64,000 bases of DNA from Nitrospirota bacterium (GCA_963754875.1 CAVWHO010000020.1:175374-239373), one strand, 5' to 3'; counted from the first letter of the stretch, positions 49,862-58,879 are shown. Program-made: numbers and translations. Notes: a model not told the origin generated them from the sequence alone.

Positions 49862-50135
49862 ATCTGAAATTATTTACTTTTGCAAGAAAATTGTGCGGAC
49901 CGCTTTTTCTTCTCCTTCAAGAAAAATGACCCGTCACGGTCGTTCGCGATGAAGGTCGAAATATGGCACGATCATTCTTCCGGGGTGCCGGCTTTCCTCT
50001 GGTTCAGCGCGAACCGAAAGTGAAAAAGAACATCCCCCGCGTTCAATATTCATGCGGAAAATATCACTTTTCCGCCGCGGCAGAAAGCTTTTTCCTTATT
50101 GACTTTTCGACGTGTATGGCCTATTATCCAACGCT

Positions 50136-50504
50136 ATGTATGAACTTATGGTTGAATCAAAATTTGCAGCGGCCCATCAACTGCGGGGATATCAGGGCAA
50201 GTGCGAAAAACTCCACGGCCACAACTGGCGCGTGACGATTGCCGTGACCGCCGAACGGCTGGACGAAGTTGGGCTTGCAATCGATTTTCACGAATTGAAA
50301 GATTCGCTCCGCGAAGTGCTCGACCAGCTCGAACATACGTTTTTGAACGAAATATTCCCTTTTACGCAGATCAACCCGTCATCGGAAAACCTGGCCAAGT
50401 GGATCTACGACAACATGGCGAAAAAAATCGATGACGAGAATGTCGAAGTCGCGAGCGTGACTGTCTGGGAGTCCGACACGGCGTCGGCGAGTTACTTCGA
50501 GTAA
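50136..50504 (+). CDS. queD: 6-carboxytetrahydropterin synthase QueD / PTPS family
   Basis: SKFAAAHQL, CEKLHGHNW zinc-binding motif, 6-pyruvoyl-tetrahydropterin synthase (PTPS) fold signature. Confidence 0.8.
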   Translation: MYELMVESKFAAAHQLRGYQGKCEKLHGHNWRVTIAVTAERLDEVGLAIDFHELKDSLREVLDQLEHTFLNEIFPFTQINPSSENLAKWIYDNMAKKIDDENVEVASVTVWESDTASASYFE

Positions 50505-50543
50505 GATCCGTTATGCTTTACCGCAGGGCGCAGAGGAGGCACC

Positions 50544-51881
50544 ATGGAAAGAAACACTGCGGAAAAGATTCTCTCTTTTGCCCGATCCCATAAGGCCGAT
50601 GCAGCTGAAGTCTTTCTCCGGGCCTATTCCTCCACATCCATTGAAGTAAAAGACCAAAAGGTTGATGCCTTCGACCGCGCTAAGGACATCGGGGCCGGGC
50701 TCCGTCTCCTCGTCGGGACGCGCATGGGTTTTGCCTTCACGACCGACCTCTCCGAAAATTCGCTCAAGACGCTTGCCCAGGCTGCGGTCACGAACGCGCA
50801 AAACACGGAGCCCGATCCGTTCCATTCTCTCCCCAACAAACCTGCAACGGCTTATCACAAGGTAAATATCTTTGATTCCGAAATCGTCAACCTGGGCGAG
50901 AAGGAAAAAATTGAACGGGTGATGGCCATGGAACGGGAAGCTTTCGCCGTCGATGCGCGGATCAAGCGCATCCGCAAAGCATCAGCAACCTTCTCTGATG
51001 CCGAGACCCTGATCATGAATACCAATGGCGCTGAATCGTCGTACCGGAGCACTGCATGCTCATCGAGCATCGAGGTCGTTGCCGAGGACAAGGGCGAAGC
51101 GCAGGCGGGTTCCGACTTCGACGTAAACCGCTTTTACCGGAAACTCCGGATTGAGGAAGTAGGCCGGAAGGCCGCGCAGAATGCCCTCGACCTGCTCGGC
51201 GCAAAGCACATCGATTCAATCAAAGCTCCCGTCATCCTTGAAGCGACGGTGGCCCAGGAGTTCCTCTCGATGATGGCAAGCGGCTTCTCTGCGGAGAGCG
51301 TACAGAAGAAGCGGTCGCTCTTCATGGGCAAGCTTGACCAGGAGGTAGCATCTTCGGTCATCACGGTGTTCGATGACGGGCTGCTTGAGGGCGGGCTCGG
51401 GACCGCGCCATCGGACGACGAGACCGTGCCGATGATAAAAAAAACCGTGATCGAACGGGGCTGGCTGGCCATGTTCCTTTATAATACGTACACGGCGAAC
51501 AAAGACAAGACCGTATCAACGGGAAACGGCATGCGCGGCGGGTTTAAGGGCATCCCCGGCGTGGGTCTGACGAACCTTTATGTTGATCCGGGAAAGCAAT
51601 CTCTTGAAGACCTGATCGGTTCAATCGACAAGGGCCTTTACGTGACGGAAGTCATGGGCATGCATACCGCCAATCCGATCTCCGGGGACTTTTCCGTGGG
51701 GGCGATCGGGTTCTGGATCGAGAAGGGCAGGAAAGCCTATCCCGTGCGCGAGATCACGCTCGCAGGAAACATCCTCGATCTCATGAAACACGTAGATGCC
51801 GTGGGCAGCGACCTTCGCTTTTCCGGAAGGCTCGGCAGCCCGTCGCTTCGAATCAGGGAACTTTCGATAGGCGGGAAGTAG
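50544..51881 (+). CDS. pmbA: TldD/PmbA-family metalloprotease
   Basis: Typical PmbA N-terminal and C-terminal regions (GSDLRFSGRLGSPSLRI). Confidence 0.8.
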   Translation: MERNTAEKILSFARSHKADAAEVFLRAYSSTSIEVKDQKVDAFDRAKDIGAGLRLLVGTRMGFAFTTDLSENSLKTLAQAAVTNAQNTEPDPFHSLPNKPATAYHKVNIFDSEIVNLGEKEKIERVMAMEREAFAVDARIKRIRKASATFSDAETLIMNTNGAESSYRSTACSSSIEVVAEDKGEAQAGSDFDVNRFYRKLRIEEVGRKAAQNALDLLGAKHIDSIKAPVILEATVAQEFLSMMASGFSAESVQKKRSLFMGKLDQEVASSVITVFDDGLLEGGLGTAPSDDETVPMIKKTVIERGWLAMFLYNTYTANKDKTVSTGNGMRGGFKGIPGVGLTNLYVDPGKQSLEDLIGSIDKGLYVTEVMGMHTANPISGDFSVGAIGFWIEKGRKAYPVREITLAGNILDLMKHVDAVGSDLRFSGRLGSPSLRIRELSIGGK

Positions 51882-51889
51882 GTTGCGTC

Positions 51890-53260
51890 CTGAACCAGCG
51901 TTTTGTTCCATAATTAAGTTGAGTGATCTACCCCACGCCTGAAGGCGGGGGCTTCTCAGGTCAACGAAGGGCTTTAGTACGCCGATTCTCACTGAGCGTT
52001 ACTTTCGGGCGATCCGCCCGTAGTTAAATTTGTCCGAAAAGGAGAATGTTTTGAGCAGCATTGAAATCACGGTCAACGATTTCTCTGCAACCTTGACAAG
52101 TCCACTCTCGATCTTTGAGTGTAAGCCCGTCGTTGATCCAGCCGCACGTTGCATGCCGCTTAGACGATGGGAAAAACCTGTCGATTTGACCGAACATGGT
52201 TCCACTCCATTCGGATTTGTACGCAACCTGACGGATGAATTCAGACCAGCCAGCATCGCAAACGCTTTTTGCAATGCAGTGGTTCGCCGTCATGCCCTTC
52301 ACATTCAAGTCCTCGGCAAAGATAGCTTGGTTCTCGCTTACCAGCCGGGAACTCAATTTGTGAAGGAAATCTTTTCTTTGATTCGCAATTTTTTCATGAA
52401 GCAGCGCGACCTTGTGACGCGCTTTGTTCCGGTTCGCGCTGCCCTTTACCTTGCGGGAAAGACGGCACTGAAAGAACTTCAAGCGATCTTCGGACTTGCG
52501 GAGAAACTTTGGGGACTCAACCCGTTCACCATTGGAGGTTACGAGAAACGATTTGAGCCCCAGGTCGATGCCGATCTGATTACCAGACTTTTTCGGCTTT
52601 ATTTTCTTTTCGACTTCACAAAGAACGGAGGCAAAATACTTTCCGGTCGTTGTCTTCGAGATCGTAATGCTCTTCAATGCGCCTTCAATCTTGCGGTGAA
52701 GAACGGCCTTGATCGGAGCGAACTTCGGAATACTGATAGTCCCAGAGTCAGTATCGACGGAAAAATGTTGAGGCACCAGAAACGATTGTCTGTCATGCTT
52801 GCTCTTGAACTTCGGGAACTCCGATCGCTTGTTAAAAAAGTTGTTGTATGCAACATCAAGACGACGCAGGGACTGTTGAAGCGCCTGAGAATTTACAGCG
52901 TTCAGCCACACAAATTCAGGGCTCTTTTTGAGATCAGTCAGCATCTTCGCCGTGTCATTGTACGTCAATCCCTGTTTCTTCTTGCCCTTATTCGTAGCGT
53001 AGTAATCAATGCGCTCACGCAGAAATCGGTTGTAGACGAAACGGCAGGACCCGAAATGATGAGCGAGAAATTCGGACTGCTTCGCTGTCGGGTTAAGCCG
53101 AAAACTGTAAGCTTTATTGATGAGCATGATTTACAATATATCATGGTTTAATGTAAAAGGCAACTAAATTCTTAGCCCGCTTTGCGGGATGCGGCTTATA
53201 TCCCCATAGCTAAAGCAAGGGGTCTTACGCCGCGAGGTGATAAATAAGTATGAGATAGGC
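51890..53260 (-). mobile_element. IS605-family (IS1341-type, tnpB-only) element; boundaries approximate
   Basis: A TnpB gene with hairpins near both its 3' end (ccccacgcc-tgaa-ggcgggggc, cgggcg-atc-cgcccg) and its 5' flank (cccgc-tttg-cggg). Confidence 0.5.
52024..53127 (-). CDS. tnpB: TnpB (IS605 OrfB, RuvC-like RNA-guided nuclease family)
   Basis: MLINKAYSFRLNPT N-terminus; RuvC motifs IGIDLG, AIFAEDLN, DRDFNAAQNI; zinc finger CGWIND...CQGC. Confidence 0.85.
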   Translation of the reverse strand: MLINKAYSFRLNPTAKQSEFLAHHFGSCRFVYNRFLRERIDYYATNKGKKKQGLTYNDTAKMLTDLKKSPEFVWLNAVNSQALQQSLRRLDVAYNNFFNKRSEFPKFKSKHDRQSFLVPQHFSVDTDSGTISIPKFAPIKAVLHRKIEGALKSITISKTTTGKYFASVLCEVEKKIKPKKSGNQIGIDLGLKSFLVTSNGERVESPKFLRKSEDRLKFFQCRLSRKVKGSANRNKARHKVALLHEKIANQRKDFLHKLSSRLVSENQAIFAEDLNVKGMTANHCIAKSVCDAGWSEFIRQVAYKSEWSGTMFGQIDRFFPSSKRHATCGWINDGLTLKDREWTCQGCREIVDRDFNAAQNILLFGQI

Positions 53261-53846
53261 CAATCGTACTTCGAGCCGTTTAACCCCGCCCGTCACACGT
53301 CACGTATATCCAGATCACTGAGGGAAGCCCCCGAAGCGAGGCGTAGTTGTGGTTCCGCCTAACCTGTGCTTAACTATCCAGTGCGGCGGCCCCATGACAT
53401 GGAGTCGCTTATACCGCGGCCACTGGTGACAGTTCTGCCGCCAGCAGTTGCTGGATTTCCAAAGAAGCATGGCCGAATTCGAGTAGAAGAACATTCGGAT
53501 CATCGCGGCTTCGTCTGATCCCTTGAATAAGCTGCCAAGACTGTCGAACATTACGGTTTGACCTTTGCCGTGGGGTACGGCCTCGTCCCTAGAGCAGTGT
53601 CATCAATCACCGGGGCTTTCTGCAATCCCGCGAAAAACTTCCTCCATGCAACTGGATTTATCATCAGCCCGGGAGGAAAGATTGAGAACGCAGTATACAG
53701 CAGCAGGTCTATTGGAAGGCTCAGGCCCAAGTCTGCCTCGCTTTTATCAATACTTAGCACACCTCGATGAACAAAGGACGAATTTTCCCCCAAGGACCGC
53801 TAATGTATTCTCGAAGGAAAGTTTGTACCCACCGCAGAAGAATCTA

Positions 53847-55053
53847 GTGTAGTGTCTCACAAACGACTGGTGTTATCAGCCTTTTTCTTGCGAGAGCGAG
53901 GTAATGTGCAGCCTGGCTGAATTTTCTCCAATGTTTGTTTGCAGCGTCCAAGTTTCTTAACGATCGATTCAACGGTTGCGGTCCATACAAACGGTTTTGG
54001 GTCTTTGTTCCAAGCAGCCAAATACTCTTCGATAGCGCTCTTGAGCGCGTCCACGCTGACAAAGACTCCGCGACGTATTCGTTTTCCCGTCAGTTCTCCG
54101 AACCAACGCTCAACAAGGTTCAACCAGCTTGAACTGGTCGGGACGAAGTGGGAAACAAAACGTGGATGCCGTGTTAACCATCTCTGGACTTTGGGGTGCT
54201 TATGCGTGCCATAGTTATCCATCACTATGTGCAGCTGCTTTTCGACCGGGAATTCAGCATCCAGTTGCTTTAAAAACTTGAGAAATTCCTGATGGCGATG
54301 CCGAGCATAACATTGACCGATCACTTTACCTTGCGCCAATTCGAGCGCAGCAAAAAGGGTTGTCGTGCCGTTACGCTTATAGTCATGAGTCATGGTACCG
54401 CAACGCCCTTTTTTTAAAGGAAGTCCCGGTTGTGTACGATCTAACGCTTGAATCTGGCTTTTCTCATCCACACACAGCACTAATGCTTTTTCTGGAGGAT
54501 TGAGATAGAGCCCGACGACATCGGTAAGCTTTTCCAAGAACCGTGGATCGCGTGACAACTTAAATCCCGTGGTTCTGTGCGGCTGAATATGATGACTTTG
54601 CCAGATCCTATTGATCGTTGCTTTGCTCACGCCCTGCTGTTCAGCCATCGTTCGGCAACTCCAATGGGTGGCTCCAGCAGGCTTCGTTTGCAGTGTGGCA
54701 TTAATTATTTTATTAATTTTGGTTGCCGTTAACTCTGGTTTACGTCCGCGACCTGCCGCAACTTCCCAAAGGCAGTCCGGACCTTCACTACAGAACCGCT
54801 GCCTCCATAATGCAGCCGTTTTATAATTGATTTGCATTTGCTTTGCGATGGCCTTGTCTTGTTGGCCATTCGCAGCGGCTAGAATAATTCGACACCGTTG
54901 AGCAACTTGTTGCGGGGTGCGATGAGCCCGCACCCATTGCTCTAGTTCTTGTCGATCAGACTCAGTAAGGTTTATGGTTAAAGCGTGTCGTGCCATGAAC
55001 AGCATCCTATCACAAATCATGACATAACACCAGTTAATTGAGAGACACTACAC
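53847..55053 (-). mobile_element. IS630-family insertion sequence, intact copy 3 (identical to copy 2, TA-flanked)
   Basis: Same ends and TA duplication. The encoded 387-aa protein is identical to copy 2. Confidence 0.9.
53857..55020 (-). CDS. IS630-family DDE transposase (387 aa)
   Basis: Identical translation to the ORF at 28411..29574. Confidence 0.9.
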   Translation of the reverse strand: MICDRMLFMARHALTINLTESDRQELEQWVRAHRTPQQVAQRCRIILAAANGQQDKAIAKQMQINYKTAALWRQRFCSEGPDCLWEVAAGRGRKPELTATKINKIINATLQTKPAGATHWSCRTMAEQQGVSKATINRIWQSHHIQPHRTTGFKLSRDPRFLEKLTDVVGLYLNPPEKALVLCVDEKSQIQALDRTQPGLPLKKGRCGTMTHDYKRNGTTTLFAALELAQGKVIGQCYARHRHQEFLKFLKQLDAEFPVEKQLHIVMDNYGTHKHPKVQRWLTRHPRFVSHFVPTSSSWLNLVERWFGELTGKRIRRGVFVSVDALKSAIEEYLAAWNKDPKPFVWTATVESIVKKLGRCKQTLEKIQPGCTLPRSRKKKADNTSRL

Positions 55054-55090
55054 TAGGAAATTACACAGCGACCAGAGCAAGAAATTGTGC

Positions 55091-55137
55091 TTGACATTTA
55101 TGTAAAAGTATAATAATATTTGCATACTTTTATGTAA
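55091..55137 (+). promoter_or_regulatory. promoter (-35 TTGACA at 55091) overlapping a 14-bp-arm imperfect inverted repeat (ttatgtaaaagtat-N12-atacttttatgtaa); candidate ArsR-family operator
   Basis: Hexamer and inverted repeat read 40-80 nt upstream of the arsR ATG. Confidence 0.45.
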
Positions 55138-55172
55138 ATTGTTTTTCGTTTCGATATAAGGAGAAAAACAAA

Positions 55173-55514
55173 ATGCTCCCCATGGACAAGAGAATCGATC
55201 TCCTCAAAGTCATCGCCCACCCCATGCGCATCAAGATTCTCGAAGAGCTTACTCAAGGTGTGAAATGCGTAAGCGATTTCGAAGACTCCCTCGACATCAG
55301 CCAGCCGAATGTGTCACAGCACTTGACCCTCCTCCGAACGAACGGAATCATCGATTTCTTCGTTGACGGAAGGCTCAAGTGCTATTTCCTCAAAGAACCT
55401 CTCATCCCTGATCTCCTGGGACTTCTCAAAAAAAAGTATAAAGAAGACATACCCGCACCGGCCTGTTGTCCGGTGACGAAAAAAGGAACTTACCCTGGCG
55501 AAAGGAGAAGATAA
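55173..55514 (+). CDS. ArsR/SmtB-family transcriptional regulator with a C-terminal Cys pair
   Basis: HTH region CVSDFEDSLDISQPNVSQHLTLL. C-terminal PAPACCP. AAGGAGAAAAA RBS. Confidence 0.8.
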   Translation: MLPMDKRIDLLKVIAHPMRIKILEELTQGVKCVSDFEDSLDISQPNVSQHLTLLRTNGIIDFFVDGRLKCYFLKEPLIPDLLGLLKKKYKEDIPAPACCPVTKKGTYPGERRR

Positions 55515-55520
55515 GTCTGC

Positions 55521-55790
55521 ATGAAAAAGCACACAATTACTCTCTACGTGAACGACCCCATGGGCAAGCGCTGATTGTCCAATATGGATGCCGCTCGTGT
55601 GGCGGAGAAAGAGTTCGGCGCAGAAGTCGTCGTAATCAAGAAGACCTCGAAGGAGTATCAGGGGCAGCGAGACCCGCTTCCCTGTCCTTCCGTTGTCTTG
55701 AACGGGCGGCTCATCGCAAAGAAAGATACCATTACGTACCAAAGCTTGAAGACATCGATCATGTGCGACTGTGAAATAACACTCGTATAA
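55521..55790 (+). CDS. candidate thioredoxin-fold (redox-active-disulfide-protein-2-like) selenoprotein with an in-frame TGA at 55572..55574
   Basis: The ATG at 55521 has AAAGGAGAAG 9 nt upstream. Its 17 codons run in frame into the ORF 55575..55790, which has no RBS of its own. The translation MKKHTITLYVNDPMGKR-U-LSNMDAA...PCPSVVLNGRLIAKKD aligns with small Trx-like proteins, with U at the second position of the CxxC motif. Confidence 0.45.
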
Positions 55791-55801
55791 AGGAGGGTGC
55801 C

Positions 55802-56158
55802 ATGCCAAAAACCGTAACTCTATATTTATCAACATCGCCGTATTCCTACGAGAACACGCTGACGAGCGCCCGCATTGCCGAATCCGCTTTGAACAAGGGC
55901 CATACCGTCAACCTCATCGCATCGGCTGACGGCATCTACTGCTTTCTGACAAAGCAGAAGGCGAAAGGGATCCTGAATGCCGAAGAGGAATTCACCAGGC
56001 TCATACAAAAAGGCTTGAAGGTGTATCTCTGAGGCGGGTGCCTCAACTTTCGCCGTGCGGCGAAAGACGACTATCTTGCAGGTACAGAAGTAGGCTCGCT
56101 TAAAGGCCTGTTTGCAACCATGGGCGAGACGGACGTGTGGATTAATCTAGGTGCATAG
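55802..56158 (+). CDS. dsrE: DsrE/TusD-like sulfurtransferase with an in-frame TGA (probable selenocysteine) at 56030..56032
   Basis: AAGGAGGG RBS. The ORF through TGA and 42 further in-frame codons gives ...KVYL-U-GGCLNFRRAAKDDYL...GETDVWINLGA, which aligns with TusD ...NICVAAALRRGV...LTCDRVVQF with U at the active-site Cys78 position. A hairpin cuuucgcc-GUGC-ggcgaaag begins 14 nt after the UGA. The next gene starts 10 nt after the extended stop and has its own RBS. Confidence 0.7.
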
Positions 56159-56167
56159 GAGGAGCAT

Positions 56168-56521
56168 ATGTCAAATGTTGCGATGATCTTAAAGAGATCT
56201 CCCTACGGCGATATCAACGCGGCCGAGGCTGTACGCCATGCCCTTGGCGCTGTGTCCGGTGAACTTAGCGTTGATCTCATCCTGATCGACGGCGGGGTGC
56301 TGCTTGCAAAGAAGGGGCAGGACGACAAGGGTACGGGTTTCACAAATCTCGAAGGCACTCTCAAGGACTGCGTCGAAATGGGAGTCGCCGTCTATGCCGA
56401 CACTGCTTCGCTCAAAACGCAGGGTGTCCCGTCAAACGAGGTCGTCGAAAACGTCAAACTGGTCGGTGCCAAAGAGATCGCGGGACTGTTGAAGGAAGCA
56501 AAATCGACCATGATATTCTAG
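56168..56521 (+). CDS. dsrF: DsrF/TusC-like protein
   Basis: The DsrE/DsrF-family fold pattern (MILKRSPYGD...LILIDGGVLLAKKGQ). AGGAGG RBS. Confidence 0.7.
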   Translation: MSNVAMILKRSPYGDINAAEAVRHALGAVSGELSVDLILIDGGVLLAKKGQDDKGTGFTNLEGTLKDCVEMGVAVYADTASLKTQGVPSNEVVENVKLVGAKEIAGLLKEAKSTMIF

Positions 56522-56532
56522 AGGAGGCTGCT

Positions 56533-56814
56533 ATGTTCGTGATGATAAAGAGCGCGCCGGATACGACTGATGGAGCACTCGGATTGACCCTTGCGAAAGA
56601 AAGCGGGGCCGATCTTATCCTGCTGCAGAACGGCGTGTATTTTGCGAAAAAAGAACGGCTCGGCGATTTTGCCAGGACAGTGTATGTCCTGGATGACGAC
56701 AAGAGGCTCCGGGGTCTCAAGGATTCCGAAATGGATGGGCGTGCAAAAAACATCGACTACGACAAGCTGACCGACATCATTACGGGCGGCGACAAGGTGG
56801 TCGGGATGTTTTAA
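56533..56814 (+). CDS. dsrH: DsrH/TusB-like protein
   Basis: MFVMIKSAPD...LILLQNGVY pattern of TusB/DsrH. GAGGAGG RBS. Confidence 0.65.
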   Translation: MFVMIKSAPDTTDGALGLTLAKESGADLILLQNGVYFAKKERLGDFARTVYVLDDDKRLRGLKDSEMDGRAKNIDYDKLTDIITGGDKVVGMF

Positions 56815-56839
56815 ATCTTGTTGTACAGGGGAGGTTATT

Positions 56840-58030
56840 ATGTCAAGGATCGTTGTGGTAGGGGGATCGTTCGGGGGATTGACAGCGGCCTTCGAGCTTA
56901 AACGACTGCTTGGGAAGAAAGCCGACGTGACCGTGGTGAGCGACGATGACCGGTTTGTGTTCCTGCCGTCGCTGCCGTGGCTCATCATGGGGTGGAGAAA
57001 GCCGGAAGATATTACCCTTAAGGTGAGCGAGATCCTGAAGCCCAAGGGGATCGAGTTCGTTCATGACGCGGCAAAGCAGATCGACGCCGATTCATCGAAG
57101 GTAACAACCTCAAAAGGAAAAGAGCTGCCCTATGACTTTCTCGTAATATCTACGGGACCGTATCTTTCCTTTGATGAGATTCCCGGGCTGGGACCTGATA
57201 AGGGCCATACCGACTGTACGTTTACACTTGATCATGCATTAAGAGCCAGAGAATCGTGGAAAAAGATCCTGGAGAACCCCGGTCCGATAGTCGTCGGTTC
57301 GTCGCAGATGGTGAGCTGTTTCGGCCCGTCCTACGAGCTGGCGTTTGAGATGGACACCGAGCTTCGCCGTCGAAAAATGCGCCACAAAGTACCCATCCTC
57401 TATCTCACGTCTGAACCCTATCTCGGCCACATGGGGGTCGGTGGTCTCGGCAAATCAAAGCGCTTCATGGAAGACGAATTTGCCGAGCGGGACATCAAAC
57501 CCGTCATCAGCCAAGCCATTGAAGAGGTAACGCCCGGAGAAATCAAACTCAAGGACGGCACAAAGCTACCCTTCAAACTTGCCATGATCGCGCCGCCGTT
57601 CAAAGGCGTGCCTGCCGTCATGCCGTTGGGAAATCCCCGCGGGTTCATCCCGGTTGACAAGAACTATCGTCATACGAAATTTAAAAATATTTTTGCCATC
57701 GGTGTTACCATGGCCATCGCACCGCCGGAGGCGACGCCGGTGCCGACGGGCGTTCCCAAGACCGGATTTATGACGGTGAAGATGGCGAAGATTGCCGCGG
57801 CAACTATCGCTGCCGGCATCACCGGGAAGACCCCGCCTCCTCCGTCGGAAATCGGCGTGGTTTGTCTCATGGACATGGGAAACACAGCCGCATACATGAA
57901 GGCCTATCCCGTGCTTCCGCCGCGCCAGAGTTCCTATACGAGGAAGACCATCTGGGCGAAGTGGATGAAGGTCCGGTTCGAGAAATACTTCCTCTGGAAG
58001 ATGAAGAGGGGGCTCAGCAATCTGCCATGA
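56840..58030 (+). CDS. sqr: sulfide:quinone oxidoreductase-like FAD-dependent pyridine nucleotide-disulfide oxidoreductase
   Basis: VVVGGSFGGLTAA Rossmann motif. The length and the Cys positions (VSCFGP, VVCLMDMG) fit SQR/FCSD-type flavoproteins. GGGGAGG RBS. Confidence 0.65.
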   Translation: MSRIVVVGGSFGGLTAAFELKRLLGKKADVTVVSDDDRFVFLPSLPWLIMGWRKPEDITLKVSEILKPKGIEFVHDAAKQIDADSSKVTTSKGKELPYDFLVISTGPYLSFDEIPGLGPDKGHTDCTFTLDHALRARESWKKILENPGPIVVGSSQMVSCFGPSYELAFEMDTELRRRKMRHKVPILYLTSEPYLGHMGVGGLGKSKRFMEDEFAERDIKPVISQAIEEVTPGEIKLKDGTKLPFKLAMIAPPFKGVPAVMPLGNPRGFIPVDKNYRHTKFKNIFAIGVTMAIAPPEATPVPTGVPKTGFMTVKMAKIAAATIAAGITGKTPPPPSEIGVVCLMDMGNTAAYMKAYPVLPPRQSSYTRKTIWAKWMKVRFEKYFLWKMKRGLSNLP

Positions 58031-58173
58031 AGAAAGAGATATTGAAGCTGCACGCTGATTTTTGCAAGATATTTTCCAATCCCACGAGGCTTGAGATACT
58101 CTGCCTGCTTAGAGAAGGCGAACTGACTGCCGGCGAGATCACTGAGAAGCTCGGCGTGTCACATGGCTATTAA
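58027..58173 (+). pseudogene. second arsR-family gene truncated after the first HTH helix by inserted DNA
   Basis: MKKEILKLHADFCKIFSNPTRLEILCLLREGELTAGEITEKLGVS then HGY-stop. Homologous to the 55173 protein up to the recognition helix. Confidence 0.6.
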
Positions 58174-58180
58174 ACTTACA

Positions 58181-58798
58181 TCATAGGTGCAGGGCCAGGC
58201 GGTTATGTCGCCGCGATACGTGCAGCGCAGGCTCTTTCGTTCTTTGAGCTTCGGTGTAGATTTCATGGCTGAAAAGGTCAATGACATGCAGCGCATAGAA
58301 CCTACGGTCATCTTTGATGTAGCGCGGCCCCACCAAGCCCATCTGGTGGATATTGTTGCACCCCAAGGCCTCGGTGAAGTAAGGGTATTCGACTCCTTTG
58401 GACGCATAGGCTGTTTTTTTAACGAGCCCTTTGCGTTTCAGCACTCGGTTTATCGTGCTGTCCGAAGGAAATGGTAGCCCCTGCTTCTTGAGCTCCCATT
58501 TGATGGCGGAAACGCCGATCTGGGCATAAGGCGCATCCACCAGTTGCTGCCTGGTCAAAAGGATGCGCTTTTTCGCTCCCTCGTCGATCTCCGAGGGCCT
58601 TGTTTTGGGAGCCCGAGATTGTTCTTTGAACCAGCCTGCTGCTCCGGTTCGATATCGTATCAGCCATTTGAAGAACCACTTCTTGGATCGGTTCAGGCTG
58701 GTATAAACATCTTTGGGTGATTCGCCTCTTTGGATGTGTCGTTTGATAGGGGTCTGTCTGAGTGCGCTCTCCTTTAGTAATCTGAATAAGGAGAGCAT
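58181..58798 (-). pseudogene. IS481-like transposase N-terminal fragment (HTH plus the start of an rve integrase core)
   Basis: Transposase-type HTH. GPRYIKDDRRFYALHVIDLFSHEIY begins the DDE core, but the ORF ends after 205 aa. Confidence 0.55.
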
Positions 58799-58840
58799 GA
58801 ATTGGGCCGAGAAGATGCTCTAGCCTAATAAACACGATTT

Positions 58841-58879
58841 CGGGTAACCGATGTCTTGACCAGCCGGGTAACCGATGTC
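58841..58879. repeat. two copies of the 15-mer cgggtaaccgatgtc separated by 9 bp
   Basis: Exact direct repeat read beside the IS481-like fragment. Confidence 0.7.

Noticed and set aside
52030-53151. 373-aa ORF spanning the whole tnpB locus on the opposite strand
   Set aside because: It is a mirror frame of TnpB with no domain signal, whereas TnpB shows all RuvC and zinc-finger motifs.
53380-53470. Cobalamin-riboswitch-like fragments (ccgcggccactg, cactgagggaag)
   Set aside because: Core B12-box elements (GGTG..AATCC, GCTGAC, CGGTAA) are absent. The resemblance is superficial.
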